NCBI GenBank assembly: GCA_002269645.1
Contig: NIVC01000268.1
Location: 124,001-188,000, forward strand
Length of the DNA: 64,000 bases
From: Macrostomum lignano
Lineage: Eukaryota
Direction: 5' to 3'
Part shown: positions 52,482 to 64,000 of the stretch, piece by piece
Layout of the letters: every line of letters begins with the position of its first letter
How positions within the stretch are numbered: the first letter of the stretch is position 1
Position numbers and translations under genes: made by a program
Notes under the pieces: generated by a model
The model's input: the letters and a program-made list of their open reading frames with translations, nothing else
Databases searched by the model: none
Told to the model about the DNA's origin: nothing

Positions 52482-52731
52482 AATTCTATTATTAATAGAC
52501 TATTTTGCTCCTTTTCGTTTATTTTTTTCTTAACTTGCCATTTATTAAATTGTCAAAAGCAAGTACATGTAGGGCAAAAGAGATAAAACAACAAGCTGTT
52601 CAAATGGTGGCAAAGTCTTCTTCTTATAAATGTACTGTACATCTGCAAAATCAAAGATTTTAAGGATTTAGGTCGTGAAGTCATGTTTGTGGAATTATTA
52701 TTTCGACGCTTTCCTTGTCGCAGTGGACTCA

Positions 52732-54746
52732 TCAACCATCAAATGCAGCTCTAGACGACGCCGAAGCATTTGACGAAGATGAGTTCATTCGATGCAGACG
52801 TCTCTGGGCACTTTCCACCGTCAGCCCGACCAAGCGAACAGCTGTCAGATGCAATTGAGCGGCATCGGCGGCCGCGGACAGACTCTCCGACACTACTTGA
52901 TCAGCCAGGGTTGTCAGCATCTTCTCCGCAGCTTCATCAACCCGAATTTCTTCCGGGTCAACAGCGACAGAAAAGGGGGTCTCTGGCGACGGAGGCGGCG
53001 GTGGCTGGATGACTCGATGGATCTGGGCTGCGCTTGGTCGAATTGGTGGCAGACGTTGCCTTCTGTGCTGGTGAAGCACCCTTTCCTGCTGCTGCTGCTG
53101 CTGCTTGAATGTTTCCTCGTCCATTGGAAAGCGTCGCAGTCGAGGCGCCCGCTGCGAAGCGCTGTACATTTGTCGCAACGCCTGGTTGCCTTGACTCCAA
53201 GCGTCGTAGATACTGCAACAGGCTGGAGTTGAAGACAAAAGGGACAATAAATTTGACTATTGAGTTACATTGTAAGCAACTAACTTTATTGAGCACGTAC
53301 TCGAACTGTGACGCTGCCGCAAGTCTGTTATAAGTGACTCGTCGACTTCAAGCTGAAATGAAATTATAGGCAACAGTGGGTGATACTTCTGAAAAAGTTA
53401 TTGCTACAGTCAAGTAAAATGTCGTTAACGTACATGTATATTACATAAGCAATAACATGATTAGTATGCAAAGAACTTGTGAAGCGGAAAAACTCCTTAA
53501 AATCTTTTGGAGTACCATGTCCACTATATGGGTGATGTGTTAGTTTTTAACAGTCGACCAGCAGCTAGGAAGGATGCAACCATTAATGAGCTGCGGCTCT
53601 CCGGCCGCCAAATGGTTGTGAGTTTGAATAAGCGCCCATTAAGTGCAGAGAGGGAGATTTCCCTTTTTTATTAGAGACAGGGGCTGTGTGCACCCTAGCT
53701 GCCGCGCACTTTAAGCGAAATTGTCACACAACCGGCGAGAGGCATTGCTGCCCATTCCGCCGACTCCCCTGAGCAGGAACACAAGCGCGCGGATACGTAC
53801 GCAGTCGTACCACTGTACACCCCACACACTCACACAGGGGTGTACAGTGGTCCTATCTTTATTTATCGTTAGGCATGTACACTTAGGCAAGAACATGTAA
53901 TCAGAGCGCTGCGTTAGACTCTACGGCTCTTACGGCAGATGCAAAAACCACCCTTCACTCAGAGTTGAACAGGCCCAGTAGTGAGAGTGAGTGCAGACTT
54001 CCAAGAGTGAGTGCACATTACCAAGCGTTGAATGCAACTGCAGCATCCACTAGCATCACTAGCATGGCACCAACTTCTGGGGCTAATGTAATCCAGATGG
54101 GCCTTTCTGGGACAAGGCCTTTATACAGTCTATTTACCAGCTTCATACAGGGGTGAGGGTCGTACCGGTATGGCGAGTAGGCAGTTCCAAGCGCTAGGGA
54201 CGGTCTACTTCCTAAAAATTTATGGCAGCTCAGAATCACCAGTGGAACTCGTCAGTTAGCTGGTGGGACACTCGTGCAAGCCTTCTTCAGGGCATTTAGG
54301 GTGCTTGAACACAAAATACAGGGGAATTGATTTTTGCCTTTGTACACGGGCCCTAAATTAATGTGGCCACAGACGGAATCGAAGCCAGGTCCTTTGACGC
54401 GAGTCATATGTGTTACTGCTGAGATACACTCTGTCCGCCTGGATAATGGCTTCTCAGGCCAGTTTTGATATGGGGAAAAAGACAACTCATTCTTCGCATA
54501 GTGGATTAATAACTGATGGACCGAGGCGCCTCCTTGCCGTAGCTCTGACCGCCCCTATATTTGCTGAGTTCCACTAACTTTCATTTACACTCAGGCGACG
54601 CTCACCACTTTGGCGATATCGTCGCAACGCAGGGTGACAAGCTCCTCAAGCATGACAGTCTTTTCTCGTTCCAGTTCGGTGAATTCGCCGCCAACACCAA
54701 CGTCTGCTGCACTTTTGACAGCCACCTTCGAGGAATGCTGCGACAT
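52732..54746 (-). CDS. 3-exon orphan protein, 227 aa, with death-domain-like N-terminal segment and Q/P-rich linker; exons 54746-54606, 53352-53301, 53222-52732
   Basis: ATG after an in-frame stop; donors GTGAGC and GTACGT; acceptors TTTCAG and CTCCAG; phases 0 and 1 give one continuous 684-nt frame. The domain call is pattern-based only. Confidence 0.65.
53680..53888 (-). mobile_element. SINE family A, headless 3' half
   Basis: Near-identical to 5395-5585. Confidence 0.8.
54250..54440 (-). mobile_element. Degenerate tRNA-headed SINE (different family)
   Basis: Minus strand TATCTCAGCAGT (A-box-like) ... GGCTTCGATTCC (B box); single copy in the window. Confidence 0.5.
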
Positions 54747-55285
54747 TCCCGTATAGTCTGTTGTGATTCAACTGCTGGAAAAATGCAATAATCTGTGTGT
54801 AGCCTGCAAGAGCTGCAGAAAAAACAGACAGCCAAAATAGTCTTTCTTACCCTCGACTCTCTTCACTCGCTCCTTTTATCTGATTGTACACTCAGGGGTA
54901 GAACTGCTAACGCTTGTCTCTATGACAACAGTCTGGAGCAAGGGGCAGTAAGGTGAAGGCACACAAAACATATTATACAGCTCCTCTTCATAAGTTTATA
55001 GTTGTTATCGACGCTCTCTAACTTGAACACAGATTCCACAACGAATGTCATGCAGAAGTTGTACATAGATGTCTTTCTTAGTACCTTATAAAAAACACAA
55101 AACTGTTCGGGTGTATAATTATGGCAAAAAACGAAAAATTAGGTATCAAAGTCAAGTGTAAAGAAAAGATTTTTTTCGAATTCTAGCTCTCGAATTCTAT
55201 AGATCCCAAAAAAGGGACGTTCATCAAAGCAGGTAAGATTCTAATCTACGAGTATTAAAAACCTTAAAAAACTTACTCGTCTGCT

Positions 55286-58009
55286 CCCAGTGAAAAATGA
55301 TTCATGGATTCCACGTGGGTTCCACGTGGCCATGTGGAATTTAAACGTTTCTTTTATTTTTGCAAATTAATGAATTAAAGATTACATAATGGTATGCAAA
55401 GTATTTTTTATGCATTAATTTTCTATTTTTACTATCCTAATGTAGATGTGGATTTTACAAGGAATTCATCAGAAATACGCGTATATTGATTCAACATGGA
55501 ATCCACTTCGATAAAAAACTGAGATATACTACATTCAGATGTTTTTATAAAATTAATTAATTTAATTATTATATTTATGTGCTTTTAAGTAAAACTTAAT
55601 AACTTTAAGCTGAATTATATTGGAAAAATTAGACGCTGTTTGTTAAAATAGACAAAATAGAAGTGGACAGTAAAAAATGTTTCGTGCTTTTTAAAATTAA
55701 ATTTATTTTATTTTTATTCGTCAATGTGTAAATACCCAAGTCGCCGTTTGAAATACGAGTGACGAAGTCGTGCAGGCAATTCTTGTCGGCTGTGCTCACT
55801 TAGCCGAGGGGAGAAAGTCTTAAAGATTCCTGCTCAAACCATTAATGTATTTATAACCATTGGCGATGTTTTGCAGACAGCGTGCGAGGCTTAAAAGCGT
55901 AATTCACGCGCGGGAATAAAATCAATTCCAGAACACATTCAAATATATGGAAACTAAGCGAGTCGGAGAAAAGAATGCGACTGCGCAACAAATTAAGTCA
56001 GCAGGGTGCACAGTGCGTACGGTACGGGGAAAGGACAACTTGTTACAAATGTCTTGGTTCAAGGCCTTGAAAGATAAATTGCCTTGTTTATGGCTATTTA
56101 AGCACCTTATAAATTTTAGTAGGCCTAACCTATAGGCAACACTTATAAGGCCATGGCCTCCATGGGATTCAAAATTAGATAAATCGGTATTTTTTCATAG
56201 ATAGGCTACTTTTAGTAAAATTCATGATAAAATTATTTATCCAATTTCTAGGAATCCCATGGCCATGCCCATAGTTTAGATACTCATTTTTAACTTCAAT
56301 AGGCCTACAGAAGCTCATAACTTCCTCTTAGGCCTAGTCCTACCTATCTGTTTATATGTATGGTTATTAGGCCTATTTTAAGCCATATCTATCAAGTTAT
56401 GTCTTTCTATTTTAATCATACATGCGCAACCTTGGGAATCACCCGGCCGTTTCTAATGGCAACACGCACATGTAAGTCGCTATTGGCTGAGAGCAGTCAC
56501 GTGACTACTATTCCGTCCAATAGCGACTTACATGTGTGTGTTGCCAATAGAAACGGCCGGGTGAATCCCTAGGTTGCGCCCAAGCATGATTTTAATTAAG
56601 GTTAGGTAGCCTGACTTTGTGAATTGAGTAGTTAATCTAGCTATTCAGTTAAATCTATTAAATTATGATTTTCTGCAAGAAAGCCTGTTAGCATCTTTTG
56701 GACTTGTTGCATTTTTAAAAACAATGTTTTTAGATCTAATAAATAAATTCTTTGCAATTATACTTGCAACTTGCTTTTGGCATAACTAGCCTAGCAGCTA
56801 AAGTTGTTATTATGAATAAATAATGATTATTGTAAATTTGATCAGATGTAGGGCTAGGCCAAGTCTAGAATTTAATAGCCATGGGGCATAATGCCTATTT
56901 AGACTTAGGCCTAATGTTTTATCATAGGCCCTACTAGCAAATAAATGGAACTTGCATTGTTTTGCCTAAAAACTATATGGTCTAGAACCAATTTTAAAAT
57001 AAAAAAATTAAATCTATAAACATATATAATAATAATGTCTGTACTCATTATTTTATTGGTATTTCTATTTATTGACTTAGGCCTTGTTACTTTTGAAATA
57101 GTCTTTATTAAGTATTCATCCTTAAAAGTATACTAATATAATTTATCAATCTTTAAGAATTTATCAATTGGCAAGAACTATTTTTTTGTTTCATTTCAGC
57201 CTAACATCACGTGGCTTATCCTGAAACTTGAGTATCACCTTGGTCTTGCCTTTCAAGAAGCAAGCAAAGCTACTTGGAATTTGAATTTAATATCCAGAAT
57301 GCTACCTTTTGTGAAGCAGTGGTAAGTTTTAGTTACAAACTGATTTTTTTCCGTCATCAAAATGTACATTTATCTGTTATCCACAGATACTTAATAAAAT
57401 TCTGTAATTTAACTCATTTCTTTTCTAAGGTTTCTCACCTGACCTGAAGAAGCAGCATTCTGGCAATTGGCAGCAGCTTGTTTCTGAGTGTTCTAATTCT
57501 GGTGCATTATAAAATAATATTGTTAATTAATGCTATTGACAATGTCAGTTTCAAATTATATATTATATCATATGCGCAACTCTAAAGGTATCAATATCTA
57601 CATCAGTGTGTTTATTCTTTGTGTGCCAGTGACTTACTACTGGACATAAATACACCTTACTTATTGAGGCATCCTTTTTGAATATATTTTTGTGCAGAAA
57701 TACTTTTTGGCTTTAGTGTTTTTATCTGTGTTTCAGTTTTTTTATATGGTATTGAGATCTGGGGTTTGTATGAAATTTTGAGATCTGGTAATATTTTGAG
57801 ATTTAAGATGCAACAATTTATTATGGCAACCAGTATAATGGCTGCTAATCAATGACAATGTGGATTCTATGTGAAATACATAATTACTTCCATGTGGATC
57901 TTCGATGTGGAATCCATATCTTGATTCCACATGGATGGACGGAGACAAATGCACATATGGATTTCATATGAAAAATCTACATGGAATCCATATCATTTTT
58001 TTCACTGGG
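55286..58009. mobile_element. Second CMC/EnSpm-like non-autonomous DNA transposon
   Basis: TIR CCCAGTGAAAAA..ATGGATTCCA at both ends, subterminal (A)TGGA(A/T)TCCA repeats, 2-bp TSD CT. Confidence 0.8.
56413..56592. repeat. ~180-bp inverted repeat (hairpin/MITE-like)
   Basis: Arms GCGCAACC..CACCCGGCCGTTTCT..CACATGTAAGTCGCTATTGG and their reverse complement, around a short spacer containing GTCACGTGAC. Confidence 0.85.
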
Positions 58010-58144
58010 CTGTATCGAACTTTAACTAAAAAATTCGTAAGTACTTCCATCACGGCTTTTAAAGATTTTCTTTTGATTAAAAGGTACTCTCCCGCTTACT
58101 AAAAATTCATTTGTATTGAACTTGTAGAAAAAGAAATCAGAAAG

Positions 58145-61100
58145 ATGGCAAGTAGCCTGCAGAGGCAGACCCGTCAATCACAACCAGAGCAACTCCAGCA
58201 GAGCGGAGTCGATGAAGCTGAAGATGAGCTGAACACGATGCTCGACGAATATCACGTGGTAACCGAAAGCGATCAGGAGCTCTACAACCAGCACAAGGAT
58301 GAAGGAAAGGTCCGACTCACTCAGGAGAACATGGACAAGCTGAAGCCAGGAGACGTGGTCGAGCTCAGCTATTACAAGCAGGTGCACTTCGTTGTGGTTG
58401 AGGGCGTCAGGACTCAATCTAACACACCAGCCGACTTTATCATAATCGACGTCATTCACTATGGTCGATCGAACTTAATCACACCGAACAGGATAATCAG
58501 ACAGAAATTCAGCCTGAGACTAAACACAGAAAAGTGCTGGCTTCAAGTGTTTCCGCCCGTTAGCTGCTACCCGTCTCAGACAGTGCTGCAGAGAGCTCGA
58601 AGCAGACTCAATGAAGAAGAGCACAACGGAATCTCCAACAATGCGAAAATGTTTGCCTTGTGGTGCAAGGTCGAATCAACGACTCACCGTCCGAGCTGTC
58701 AGGCTCCAATCTACCTGTCGAATGAGCACCCAACCCACACTGTCAAAGAAGGTGATCACATCGAAATCAAATGTCCATTCGGTAAAGTTCATGCAGAGAT
58801 CACAGATGTGGAACAGGTCCTTGATGATTCGTATCTGGTTACAATTGTAACCCGAAAAGCAGCCTGGATTCCATATGTTCACGAGTGTGAGCACGTGCTC
58901 ACAGAGCCCGTCAGTCGGGTGACTTCAGTTCCGGATCAGAAGGAGATCAACCTCAGTGATCGAACTCAATTTTTGGACCGGGTTCTTTATCCGGTGTCCG
59001 AGCAGTCGAGTTTATCGTTTTGCTCGCTACTGCTGAGTACTGAGCACCAAGGCGATGAGTGGAAACGAGCTGCTCTGCAAGGTCCAGAGAAAAAGTGTGA
59101 ACCCAAAGTGTTGCCTCGGAAACAAAATCCTAGCCTCTTAAAGCCAGGTGATATCATTCACTTGAACGGCGTGTACCGAGTGGTCACTGATGTGAGAGCA
59201 GTTGAGTCGGGCACTCGAGTCCGCACCGTGCAGTACTGCCCAGGGCCAGATTCCACCGACAGCGGCGAACTGATGGAGCTAAAATGCCGTATTCTAAAAC
59301 AAGAAAAGCGCATTTCACTGTGCGTTCACAACGAAGTTCACCAGGATTGTGAGCTGTACGGCGGAGGTCGTGAGAAGCCCAGCTACAAAGCCACAAGGGT
59401 TACAGACATTAAGCAAATAAAGAAAGGCCGCGTGATAAGCTTTTGGAATAAGTATGGTTTCTTCAAACATACAATAGTTATAGAAACTTTTTCTGAAAGT
59501 GACAGCGCTAAAGAGGCAAAAACTGCTCGACTTGTAGAGAACCCAAATCGAAGACCAAACGCAGGTTTTAAAGATTTGGCAGAGTCTCCGATGCCAACCG
59601 TTTTCACAGATCAAGCGAGTATTGAAAGCGGTGCAGAGAAGGCTAAGAGTTTTCAAGAAGGGGCGGCTATAGAAAATGTTACCGGTACAAAACTTGTCTG
59701 CAAATTGATGTCATTCGTGTTGAGTCCTTCTGTCTCAACCCAGCAATTTCAATTAAAAACTCATTGTATGGAAATTGATATTGATGAACAAAGTAAGCAG
59801 CATGTACACCTCATCGATTACAATGTCGAAGCAAGCAGAAAGTACTCGCCCGACAAGGTCGTCGAAAGAGCATTGTCAAGACTTGGTGAGCGAGAGCACG
59901 ACTTTCTGTGGAACAGTGATCGTGACTTCGCCAGGTGGTGCAGCATTGAGCACGGAAGCAACCGAGAGCAATGCCGCATCGACATCGAGCGTGCAAAGGA
60001 CTTGGTGAACTTTGGTAGAGGTCACATCAAGTTTCTCAAGAGTCCAAACTTTTATACACACGATGCGATCATGCGAGAGTGCAGTACGTTTGAAGATTCC
60101 AACGACATAGTAAAGGTTCGCTTGTACGAGAACAACCACCAGTTCAAGACCGTCAGGAAGGAAGTCTTGGTCATCAGTCAGCAGGAGACAGTTCAGAGAG
60201 TAAACTACGATGGTTTCAGTCCCTCTGAGTCAGTCATACCCGACAGCGAAGTAATTGATCAGCTCACGGACTGCACTTTCTTGAGCGCGGACGATGACAT
60301 GCGCGGTTGGACAGGGAAGGAAAAGAAGTGTGGCAGCAAAGTCACCAGCCACGACTTCTGCCACTGGCTGAAGTGCAAAAGACGAAACGAGGGACTCAGC
60401 GACATTCGAAAGCTCTTTGGAACAAAACTGAAGAGTATCAAGAAAGCTGTGACTAAGCTGGACAAGTTTGGCACACTTAGCTCGCGACCTGGGGAGTCCA
60501 TATTTCTTGAGGATGCAGTGGCGCCTTCCAGCCTGAAGCAGTTCGATCACATTGTGCTATATCGTAAGGTGCAAGGCAAAGTGACCAGAGTGCACTTCAT
60601 TCTTGTCGAGTGGGATGCAGAGTCGTGCACAGGTGTAGGCGTGACTTACGAAGCTCCAGCTGAGAATGTGGAGATGGGAATCAACGAGTTCAACGGATTT
60701 CTTCGAGTGACTGGACCGGGTCAGCTGAAGAAGGTGGTGCACAACACCGAGCTCGACTGGGAAAAGATTGATGCGAAGTTCAAGGACTGTCAAGGCGCAA
60801 GGAACTACAAGCTGCTGTTTAATAACTGCGAGCACTTTGTGAACTTTCTGATCTACGGTCGATTCACGAGTCTTCAGCTCAGCGACTGGGCGCTGACGCC
60901 GACATCCGCTTTTAAGGGCGTCAGAAAGTTCGCAAAGTTAGTCAACCGAGTTATTCAGTTCTTTGCAGACATTACCCAGCCGTTCCTGATGGCAAAACAT
61001 TCTGGTGTGAAGGTTTGGGTTTCGTTTTTATCATTGGCTTCAGCGTCGTGGAAGCTTCTGTTCTGCTATTCCGCAAAGCTACGACGGGAATGCCTGAAGA

Positions 61101-61287
61101 TGAGTACCGCCAGCGATGGAAATGTCTCCTGAGCTCACTGGTCTCCAAAGTGGGGGGTCTGTTGGCTGCCATTGGCATTGGGACGACAGCCGTGCTGCCT
61201 CTGACTGGCATCGCCATTGCGTCTTCGGGGATCGGCCATCTGGCGCCACGGATACCAACCATCTTGGAAACCGGGAGGAAGCCCTGA
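58145..61287 (+). CDS. Multi-LRAT protein copy 2; ~1047 aa if the 1-bp deletion at 60975-60977 is corrected, otherwise 995 aa with an altered C-terminus
   Basis: Colinear paralog of 39121-42297; NNCEHF intact (Cys codon 60827-60829); homologous C-terminus continues in the +1 frame to TGA at 61287. Confidence 0.85.
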
Positions 61288-63295
61288 AGCCCTGTCCACC
61301 AACAAATGTTCGAGTACATTTAGTCTCTGCAAAATGGCAAGACAAAACTGACAAGTGAAAAGCCCATTTTATGCTTTTAATATAAGTAAACAATGAATTT
61401 AAGTATTGAAGCGTAAGAATTATTTGAATACCTTTTCAACTCGATTGACCGTCAAAAGTGAGTTCAAAAAAATCGATAGGCATTCTCAATTTGATTCTCG
61501 AGCGCTACCAGGGTTCGAAAAGCTGGAGCATCACGTCTAGTGTCTATAGGCTAGAGTAAGAAAAAGTTAGCTATACTTCTGTTTTAACGAAGTAAGTGAA
61601 ATTTGTCCGTTGAGATACAGGTGTACGCGTGTCGCCATGCTCAGTGAGTGAAATTCATCATCACACACGGCAGACGCTCAGAATTTGACATCTGGAGTGC
61701 AAAAAATAGTTTCCCTATATAGCTATGACAAACAACTGAGCTGTCACAAGTGAACTGTGCTCATGTCTTCCTCATGTCTTACTCATGTCTTCCTGACGGC
61801 CCTCTTTTCTGCTCCTTTTGCAATCCTCCTTATCCTTTTTCATTTATAATAGCTCTACACGTTGATGGCGCGGCAATATATACTCTGATAATCGAATTTC
61901 ACTCACTTCGAAGTCTAATTCGAACTCACTTTTGACGAATTCGAAATTAAAAGGGTAGCATTATTTCAGAGCTTTTCGTTTGTCAAGATGCTACTTATTA
62001 AAATGTACATACGCTGGTATACATTATGCTATCGTTTATCATATTCACAGTTGGTTTTATTTTAATAACGAGCTCGTAACAATATAATTTTAACCAGAAT
62101 TGTCTCCGGTATAACGCTTTAAAAGATTTCTTTTAACCTATTCTTACACTATAGTTAAAGTATAAATCTTTTTTAGTCTTTTAGTTGTTTGATTCTTATT
62201 TTACACGTAAAAATAAACCAGCTTCTTCACAATGAGCCAGAAATTTTGTTCTTCGTTTTTTGCTTTCAATCAGTCACCAGGCAACTACTGCATGGACTCT
62301 TTCGGATACTGCTAATACTGCGATCTTACGTAGCAAAGATTACGCTCGTACTCGTACATTTAGGATCTAATTATCATTTCGACGCTCAAAGTTAAGCCCT
62401 TCGGATTAACAATATGCGGATACACTCAGCAACGTGTTAAAGTTGCCATCCCGAAGGCAGATGTTCATTATTGGGACTGGAACTGCGCGTGGTAGCTTTA
62501 TTCCAACTCAATTAGGCCATAACTCTCCATTCTATCAATAGCTCTCCTCACCAGTACAGCCTAAGCACACAGGGCCTTGTGACGCAAATCGCATTACCCT
62601 GAGATCACTTGGGTGGAAACTTTAACAGCTGTTGCTGAGTGTAAATAATTCAATAGTAATTAGCGAGAGAGAGGCCTCGTCCAACTTTGAGCCACATCGG
62701 CAACTCATAATACGATTGTATACCTATCAGGCCGTGTAATTTGGCAAAATCGTCAGATCAATTTAATATTACCAACAATTTATTAATGATGGAATGAGCA
62801 AAGTGGCAGATAGATGATTAAGGTCACGTGATGACAATTGCTACATACACGAAAGCTTAATTAGGGGGAACCAGCTATAGACGGGGCAAAGACAAAGGGA
62901 AGCGAACAGTGTGCATGTTGCTAGTGCTCGTACATGATATCAGTGGACCCACGCTACCTACGAGTTTGCTTGCAAGCTCTTCCTCGCGGTGTCTCATGCT
63001 CGAGGGCGTAGTAACCAGGATCGACGGAAGCGAATGCCGTTTTGGGAAAACTTAAAGCGGACTAGCTGCGCCAATTTGCATCAAATATAGAGGTTGAGAT
63101 TGGACAGTTCTGCTTTTATTACATGAACATTTTATCACATCGATTTTAGAATTTAATGCAGTTTCTGTCAAAATGACAGCTCAGCTTTCTGAATGTTTAT
63201 TAAGTATTTATTTTTATCTTCACGAATTGTCAGAGATTAGTTGTAATATTTGAGATGTGCTTCTTTAAGTAGCTATGCTTCTTTTTGAAGCGTGA

Positions 63296-63886
63296 GAACA
63301 CAAGCGCGCGGATACGTACGCCGTCATGCGCACAGGCATACTTGTGGTGTCTCGATCCCACAATCGATACCACAATTTATCGATTTTACGGAAAAGCCGC
63401 GAATAATTAGGCAAGTAAGAATTCGGCCAAAAAGTACGCTCCACTAGGGCGACAACCGGCCCCGCGCTTATATTTTGCATCCAAACATGAATTATTGCAC
63501 GATCGATAAATTTGGCATCACAAAAAAGTATTAATTGTTTGCGTAAAATTTACGTTGACGCCTACTTACAGTAGAGTAGTAAGAAAAATCCCGATTAGTT
63601 ATGTAGTAAAACGGCCCTTTTAAGGGCTCTCTTGTCTCGACGCAACAACATTCACACAGGCGTGTACAGCGGCCCTAACTTTATTTATCGGTAGGCATGT
63701 ACAGTTGTACACTTAGGCATGTACATGTACTGCGCCTTGGGGGTTGGCCCTCAATGGCGTTAATTGCCCAAACAGACCCAAGCTGAGATTCCAATTTAGC
63801 TCCAAATTAATGTGACTGCACTTGGAATCGAGCCTGGGTCGCTGGCACATAAAAGCGCCGCGCTGGACCACTGGGTTGCGGCCCTC
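63296..63886 (-). mobile_element. SINE family A copy interrupted by a ~305-bp LTR-like insertion (63343-63647)
   Basis: SINE halves match 5490-5745; the insertion reads TGTTGCG...CCACA on the minus strand and shares AAGGGCCGTTTTA about 30 nt from its start with the LTR at 43801. Confidence 0.75.
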
Positions 63887-64000
63887 TTTAGGCTTGGGGC
63901 TTTGGTGGCTGATCGAAAACCCTTTGCCAGCAGCTGAAGAGCTCTCGAGAGTGACGTGAGCAATCTTCATCCGCCCGGAGTTCCGGACGAATGTGCCATA

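Noticed and set aside
63890-64000. Possible exon at the window edge (minus strand, YGTFVRNSGRMKIAHVTLESS)
   Set aside because: Truncated by the window and running into SINE sequence; insufficient evidence.

Overview
Eukaryotic (metazoan) genomic DNA, very rich in minisatellites and transposons. It is most likely from the flatworm Macrostomum; this is an inference from intron-filling tandem arrays and a 27-nt match to the Macrostomum spliced leader as I recall it, not from a database search. Supported genes: an FKBP52/59-type immunophilin, a 10-copy neuropeptide precursor, a GT32-like glycosyltransferase with a degenerate DxD motif, an AGC-like pseudokinase, RPS14 and MRPL39 (candidate trans-spliced operon), and a 3-exon death-domain-like orphan. 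There is also a head-to-head pair of intronless genes of about 1050 aa, each built from up to six LRAT/NlpC-P60-like repeats of which only the last keeps the catalytic NCEHF. Between the pair lies a nest of mobile elements: a solo LTR interrupted by a CMC/EnSpm-like element, two interleaved dead Ty3/Gypsy elements, a solo LTR carrying a spliced-leader-like sequence, and a second CMC-like element ending 135 bp before the second gene. The top leads are the SL-bearing LTR, the multi-LRAT pair, the non-amidated F..RF neuropeptides and the MRPL39-RPS14 operon. All coordinates and gene models were read by hand and are unverified by alignment or RNA data.
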